Below are positions 58,847 through 64,000 of a stretch of 64,000 bases of DNA, piece by piece. Origin of the DNA: an uncultured archaeon (GTDB lineage Archaea; Asgardarchaeota; Thorarchaeia; Thorarchaeales; Thorarchaeaceae). Both the position numbers and the translations under genes were made by a program. How positions within the stretch are numbered: the stretch's first letter is position 1; each line of letters opens with the position of its first letter. The stretch is taken from contig CAZVZC010000005.1 of assembly GCA_964631415.1 (NCBI GenBank), positions 18,084 through 82,083 of the forward strand. The letters are read 5' to 3'. The notes under the pieces were generated by a model. It did no database searches, had not been told where the DNA came from, and worked only from the letters and a program-made list of their open reading frames with translations.

Positions 58847-59443
58847 ATGAATCTCGTCGTAATCACAGGAATGCCAGGGGCAGGGAAAAGCGAACTCGCC
58901 CAGATCTTCCGTGATGCGGGTTTTCCCGTCATTGTGATGGGTGATGTCATCCGCGAAGAAAGCAAAAGGAGAGGTCTTGAGGCCAACCCTGAGAGCACGA
59001 AGAAGGTCATGCTGGATCTTCGTGAACGAGAGGGCCCCGGAGTAATCGCTATTCATTGTCTTGACGAGCTGAAGACGCATGCATCCCCGACAGTTGTCAT
59101 CGAGGGCTGTCGGAGCGTTGCAGAAGTTGAAGTCTTCCAACAGTACGCCGAGTCGGTCACGATTGTGTGCATTCATTCATCTCCGCTTACCAGATTCGCT
59201 CGCTTATGCCAACGGGGACGCGAAGATGCTCCTCCAGAGTGGTCAAGCTTCCGGGAGCGCGACCTGAGGGAGATCTCAGTGGGTCTTGGTGGAGTCATTG
59301 CATTGAGTGACATAATGCTGATCAATGAGGGATCCATTGAGGTCATGCACAAGTCCGGAAGAAGAATCGTAGCGAGGTTCCAGAAAGATGCAAACCATCG
59401 TGCGAAGCCGCGTGTATCCGACAGAAGATCAAGAACGAGTTGA
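58847..59443 (+). CDS. UPF0200 nucleoside monophosphate/dephospho-CoA kinase-like protein
   Basis: ITGMPGAGKS, MGDVIREE, EGCRS..E, RGREDA, ERDLRE. Confidence 0.88.
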   Translation: MNLVVITGMPGAGKSELAQIFRDAGFPVIVMGDVIREESKRRGLEANPESTKKVMLDLREREGPGVIAIHCLDELKTHASPTVVIEGCRSVAEVEVFQQYAESVTIVCIHSSPLTRFARLCQRGREDAPPEWSSFRERDLREISVGLGGVIALSDIMLINEGSIEVMHKSGRRIVARFQKDANHRAKPRVSDRRSRTS

Positions 59444-59813
59444 GAAAGCGATCACGAATATCTTCGCTGACCTTTCTTACATCGTGGTTGAAGATGAAAC
59501 GCACTTCGAGGTGCAGTCTCCTCTTGATCGAGCAGGCTCTCTTGGCTGGCTTCGACAACGAATCCATGAGCTCAGGATAATCGATGCTGTACGTTCAAGG
59601 TTGCTGTCTAACTGGAATGGACGTTCAACATGGTTGTGTCTTGACAAGCAAGCCGCTTTCTCGGGAAGGGTCAGAATCGCTGACGACTCTGAAGAATCTC
59701 CTCCGCTTGGGTTCATAGAGATTACATTCGAGTTTGAAACAGACCCGGAGTTCCAGAGATTCCTGTCTTGGTTCGCCCCGCGTACTGTGAACGGGCACGT
59801 TGTTGAGGGCTAG
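59388..59813 (+). CDS. UPF0201 (DUF54) RNA-binding protein
   Basis: YPTEDQERVEKAITNIF, KQAAFSG, PLG.I; usual partner of UPF0200. Confidence 0.88.
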   Translation: MQTIVRSRVYPTEDQERVEKAITNIFADLSYIVVEDETHFEVQSPLDRAGSLGWLRQRIHELRIIDAVRSRLLSNWNGRSTWLCLDKQAAFSGRVRIADDSEESPPLGFIEITFEFETDPEFQRFLSWFAPRTVNGHVVEG

Positions 59814-60835
59814 AATCTTAGCACGAATACCTCGCGTGTCAACCCGCTGTGCACCGGCACCAGTAGCCGAAGCTCTGGGGTGAAACCGGAGTCATTCATC
59901 AATCGCAGGACGTTCATTTCAGCACTGCCGCAAAGGCACATACTTCCTCCTTTTGACAAGAATTCACTGGCTTGGTGCAGGAGTGAACTGACTAACTCTG
60001 TTGCCTCCTCTCCATGGGTTGAGCTGGATCTGCCATACGGGGGATCTGTCACAACACAGTGGCATTTTCGCACCGGGATTGACTGGGCATCACCATGAAT
60101 GAGGGAATAATCAGCATTACCAGCACTCATCAGATTGATGCGAGCCCCTGCCAACAATCGCCAGCTGCAATCAAGCCCGACCGGTTTGGCCCCGATATGC
60201 GAAACTTCGCACAGTATTCCGCCTGCTCCGCAGAATGGATCAAGTACAATGTGGTCTGGCATCACACCGGCAAGATTGCACATTACCCTTGCTAGGAACG
60301 AGTTCATCATCGAGGGGTGAAAGAAAGGCATCGATCCCGGACTTCTTCTCCTCAGCTGACCACGCAGCTGTGACTGATTTGACTCACACACCAAGACGTG
60401 CTCTGGCTCTAGAACGAGCAATATATTCACAGCAGGGTTCCTTATGGCAACTCTGGCTCCGGTTGATGTTCTAATCAACTCTCCAAGTAGTCGAATCGCT
60501 GATTCCCTGCTGCCTGTCCCCTTGTTTCCAGTAAGGTCCAACACTCTGATGTAGAAGCTGTCCTGTGGTTTCACCCACGCTCGAATCTCATTAAGGTAAT
60601 CGCCCTGTATAACACTGTTGAAACTGCCAGCCTCAATTATGATACGGCCCGCTTCTTTGGTGAGGGCCGCTCTCCCCAAGATGAATGAAGAAGGGTCTGG
60701 ATGGCAACGAACGACGGCCAACGGCCCGGACCAACTTATGTTGGCTTCGATTCTCGATGCACGAATCAGAGCTTGGACTTCAGCTTGGGCCAGAGTGACA
60801 TTCTCGCCAGATACCAGCACGAAGTATCTGTTCAA
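59810..60835 (-). CDS. trm11: tRNA (guanine10-N2)-methyltransferase Trm11/TrmG10
   Basis: THUMP-like N-terminus, PFFHP, LDPFCGAGG, TDPPYGR. Confidence 0.88.
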   Translation of the reverse strand: MNRYFVLVSGENVTLAQAEVQALIRASRIEANISWSGPLAVVRCHPDPSSFILGRAALTKEAGRIIIEAGSFNSVIQGDYLNEIRAWVKPQDSFYIRVLDLTGNKGTGSRESAIRLLGELIRTSTGARVAIRNPAVNILLVLEPEHVLVCESNQSQLRGQLRRRSPGSMPFFHPSMMNSFLARVMCNLAGVMPDHIVLDPFCGAGGILCEVSHIGAKPVGLDCSWRLLAGARINLMSAGNADYSLIHGDAQSIPVRKCHCVVTDPPYGRSSSTHGEEATELVSSLLHQASEFLSKGGSMCLCGSAEMNVLRLMNDSGFTPELRLLVPVHSGLTREVFVLRF

Positions 60836-60844
60836 ACCCCTTTC

Positions 60845-61615
60845 CTACTCCTCCGTGGCATAGTCTTCTCCGCCAGCGAATATTCGTTGCATCTCACCAT
60901 AGAGTATTTCCATCCCTGACATCTGTTTCGCCGATACTGGTATCACGGTCGCCTCTCCTCCAAGATCGTCCAGCATTCTGAGTATGGAGCCTGAATACTC
61001 CCGGAGCAATCCGCCCTCTGAGGTATCCAGAGACTCTTCAAGCAAGTAGGAGTCCTCTGACCAACCAACTATCTCTTGGACCTGATTCTCTAGTAGTATG
61101 TCCTGTTTACTAAGGACATTCAGCTGTGGCAGTCCAAACCTTATACTGATTGACAAACCGAGCAACATTGAGGCGAGATAGCCAGCTGGAGTACGTGCAA
61201 TGTTGGAGTCAAGGAGGTAGAGGGACAAGGCAGGATTCTGCCCCCTGATACTGGAAATCATCAAAGGACCGGAGTTTCGATATGCAAAGAGTTCCATCTG
61301 TCCCGGACAATCAATCAGGACGTAGTTCGCTTCTGTGCTGAGAATCTCTTCCTTGATTTCGTTCGCATAGCTGACGGCCATATCCAGACTCGCGACCAGT
61401 GCACCGTTCGGCCCAAGACCGTACTTGTTTATCACCTCAGCGTAGTCAACATACTCCCGGATGTCGACATCGCTAGTATAGGGCAGATCCTCGACGCCCG
61501 GGTCAAGATTGACCACTGCAACACTCAAGTCTGACTCCGTGAGCCACTTCTCTAAAGAAGCAGTCAACGTAGACTTGCCGGAACCAGCTGTGCCAACTAT
61601 GATAGAGCAGAACAT
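60845..61615 (-). CDS. GPN-loop GTPase
   Basis: GTAGSGKST, NLDPG, GLGPNGAL, DCPGQMELF, SKQD, VSA. Confidence 0.95.
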   Translation of the reverse strand: MFCSIIVGTAGSGKSTLTASLEKWLTESDLSVAVVNLDPGVEDLPYTSDVDIREYVDYAEVINKYGLGPNGALVASLDMAVSYANEIKEEILSTEANYVLIDCPGQMELFAYRNSGPLMISSIRGQNPALSLYLLDSNIARTPAGYLASMLLGLSISIRFGLPQLNVLSKQDILLENQVQEIVGWSEDSYLLEESLDTSEGGLLREYSGSILRMLDDLGGEATVIPVSAKQMSGMEILYGEMQRIFAGGEDYATEE

Positions 61616-61794
61616 CGACTAGACCGCGAGAGAAGGCAAGCTAATCCAGTCTTGAGTTCTTCGGTCGTCCTAACGGGCCCACTCATATTGCTCTATGACT
61701 TACCGATTCTGCAAGTTGCCATATCTCGTCACTTGTCGATATTTGCTTTGGTTTTCGCACAAGTCTTATCTGTTCGCACAGGCAGTCCTGACTC

Positions 61795-62541
61795 ATGGAC
61801 CAGAGTGAGGCTCTGCAAAGACTTGCGGAGGCGATAGCCGGAGAAATCTGTCTTGCTGAGACAGACCCCGGTGCGGTCATGAAAAGATGGCGCGAGCGTT
61901 TTCAAATCTCTCAAAAGCATCTTGCTAAGCACCTCGGTGTTTCTCCATCAGTGATAAGCGATTATGAAAGCGGAAGAAGGAAGTCGCCGCGTGTTGATAC
62001 TATTCGAAGGTTCGTTGAAGGGCTGATCGAGATGGACGCTGGTAACGGAGGTCGAGTCGCGATGGCCCTCGAGAAGCTCGTCGCCCCCGAGATTGCATCA
62101 GATGCCATTCTTGACAGCCGCGAGTTTGGAGTGCCAGTGCCTGCAAGACTGCTCATCAAGCACTTAGGCTGCAGAGTGCTGACTCATGATGCTCTGCTTG
62201 ACCGGGACATCTATGGTTACACAGCCTTAGACAGCGTAAAGGCGATAGTCGCCCTTACTCCCCAACAGCTCCTTCGTCTCTATGGCGGGACAACCCAGAG
62301 AGCTGCAATTCTCACCAATGTCTCAACAGGTCGGTCTCCCATGGTCGCAATCAAAGCCAGCCAAATCGGAACATCTGCTGCAGTAAAGCCTGCAGTCGTC
62401 GTACTCCAAGGTGTAAAGGAGCTGGACCCACTCGCCATCAAGATTGCCGAGAGTATACATCTGCCCTTGTGCACGTCAGATCATGCTTCAGCAGAGGATC
62501 TAATCCGCAGTCTAAGAGCTTTCAACCCCCACGTTGAGTGA
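61795..62541 (+). CDS. Conserved archaeal XRE/HTH transcriptional regulator (COG1709-like)
   Basis: IAGEI, SPSVISDYESGRRKSP, TNVSTGRSPMVAIK. Confidence 0.88.
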   Translation: MDQSEALQRLAEAIAGEICLAETDPGAVMKRWRERFQISQKHLAKHLGVSPSVISDYESGRRKSPRVDTIRRFVEGLIEMDAGNGGRVAMALEKLVAPEIASDAILDSREFGVPVPARLLIKHLGCRVLTHDALLDRDIYGYTALDSVKAIVALTPQQLLRLYGGTTQRAAILTNVSTGRSPMVAIKASQIGTSAAVKPAVVVLQGVKELDPLAIKIAESIHLPLCTSDHASAEDLIRSLRAFNPHVE

Positions 62542-63851
62542 TAGAACAGAGGTCGGTGACTTTGGAACTGATGATGGAGGTGAACGACCCGGTTCATGGT
62601 TTCATTGGACTCACAGAGCTCGAAGCCAAGATAATCGATTCTGAACCCTATCAGAGGTTGAGAAGAATAAAGCAGCTCTCCGGAGGCCATTATGTCTATC
62701 CAACAGGGACACACACTCGATTCGGCCACTGCATCGGTGCAATGTACCTTGCTGGTCTAATGGGTAACAGGCTCTTGGGTCAGTTGGGGCTTGAAGACTC
62801 ACTTCAGGAAGTGCGGGTCGCAGCCTTACTTCACGACATAGGCCATGGCCCATTCAGTCATGTGTTCGAGGAGTCGCTGATTGAGAAACGGGGATGGAAT
62901 CATGAAGATGTGACTGAATGGATAATCCGTGAGAGCGAGCTGGGTGATTTGCTTGAAGATGGAGGCCAGTCGAGAGACCGTATAGCGAAGCTCGTGCGTG
63001 GTCACGGACTTAGGTCGACTGATGCCATACTGGCCGGAATTGTCGCAGGCCAAATTGATGTTGACAAGATGGACTACCTAGTCCGTGACTCCTTCTACTG
63101 CGGAGTCAACTACGGCTTGGTCGATATCGTCCGTCTGATAAACAGTCTTGAGGTTTCGGACCAAGGCACGCTATACTTCGACATTGCTGCGCGGGGTGCA
63201 TTAGAGTCGTTTCTAGTGGCAAGATATGAGATGTTTCTGAACGTGTATTACCACAAGACAGTACGCAGCGTCGAGATCATGCTTGTGAAGATGATGAATG
63301 CAGCTGACGGCATACTTGGCTTTACTGGCTTCTCCACACCAGCCCAGTTCTTGAAGTTGGACGACCCGTTCGTTATTTCAAGTGTACGTAGTCTCAAACC
63401 TGAGTCGGCCGAGTCCCGGGAGGCCATAGCTATGGTCAATCTGCTGGACTCACGTGTGCTCTACAAGTGTGCGTTTGAAAAGGTCCTTCATACTCAGGAC
63501 AGGTTTGTTTCCAAGGTGCTTACGAAGCGAAAAGTCAGAGAAACAATCCAAGATGAGATTGCATCAGATGCTGGTGTCCCCTCCGACGAGGTGATGGTCG
63601 ATGTACCGACACTGCCATCAGTGCCCTACGATCCCCATCAAATCAATCCCATGGAGATAGGTATCTTCGAGGTCATTGATGGAAAGAAGGTCCCACACAA
63701 CCTCTCGGACTACTCAAACATAGGGCAGATGATGAAGGTGTACTTGGACGTCATTAGAGTCTACACACTTGACAAACATCGGACAAAGGTAGGACGCGCT
63801 GCACGCGGGATATTCCAAGAGGTACCTGAGGCGGCCCTGATCCATATGTGA
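62538..63851 (+). CDS. HD-domain phosphohydrolase (SAMHD1/dNTPase-like)
   Basis: DPVHG, QRLRRIKQL, LLHDIGHGPFSHVFE, DVDKMDYLVRD, VYYHK. Confidence 0.93.
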   Translation: MIEQRSVTLELMMEVNDPVHGFIGLTELEAKIIDSEPYQRLRRIKQLSGGHYVYPTGTHTRFGHCIGAMYLAGLMGNRLLGQLGLEDSLQEVRVAALLHDIGHGPFSHVFEESLIEKRGWNHEDVTEWIIRESELGDLLEDGGQSRDRIAKLVRGHGLRSTDAILAGIVAGQIDVDKMDYLVRDSFYCGVNYGLVDIVRLINSLEVSDQGTLYFDIAARGALESFLVARYEMFLNVYYHKTVRSVEIMLVKMMNAADGILGFTGFSTPAQFLKLDDPFVISSVRSLKPESAESREAIAMVNLLDSRVLYKCAFEKVLHTQDRFVSKVLTKRKVRETIQDEIASDAGVPSDEVMVDVPTLPSVPYDPHQINPMEIGIFEVIDGKKVPHNLSDYSNIGQMMKVYLDVIRVYTLDKHRTKVGRAARGIFQEVPEAALIHM

Positions 63852-63933
63852 CATCAGGTCATGAGCTTCCTAGGGCAAGTAGCACCAAGCGTTTGCCTAT
63901 GTACAGAGCATCAGTTGGGACTCGTGTCTTCTG

Positions 63934-64000
63934 ACCGTTCATTGTAAGTTGGACAAAGTTGGACACAGGAGTCCTTGTCCTCCCAGAAACGGCACTGGGG
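63934..64000 (+). repeat. Dispersed intergenic repeat, copy C (truncated by window end)
   Basis: 62/67 identity to the reverse complement of 16335-16401. Confidence 0.88.

Overview
Gene-dense (~50% GC) archaeal chromosomal segment. The gene set (Rpo8, GPN GTPase, GINS-MCM, aMBF1-PAN, GatD, isopentenyl phosphate kinase) and protein style fit a TACK/Asgard archaeon; my best guess is Thorarchaeia, unconfirmed. Most of it is housekeeping: transcription, translation, proteasome, Ior/Kor oxidoreductases, HypF, GlmS, and a cdc6/rfcL-rfcS/gins-mcm-hel308 replication cluster. Structure not explained by the ORF track: (1) five tRNA genes carrying six bulge-helix-bulge (BHB) introns, five at non-canonical positions (10/11, ~17/17a, 53/54, 58/59, 59/60); (2) ORB-like origin boxes 20-25 kb from cdc6, one pair flanking a ~70% AT tract and another inside a dense ATTCACAC array upstream of a winged-helix gene; (3) an AAA+ ATPase plus ParG/SegB-like ribbon-helix-helix (RHH) operon with a palindromic GTGATACTGTCAC site upstream and repeated nearby, a candidate undescribed segregation/initiation module; (4) atpD and hel308, whose conserved N-termini appear to begin at ACG; (5) a ~180-bp dispersed repeat in three intergenic copies; (6) dispersed pilus/DNA-transfer-like genes (VirB2/CedA1-like pilin, membrane-anchored HerA/VirB4-like ATPase, TadA/VirB11 ATPase, Flp-like pilin, two Ig-like surface proteins); (7) a SufS-like protein lacking its PLP lysine. 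No CRISPR array, rRNA, integrase or transposase was seen.
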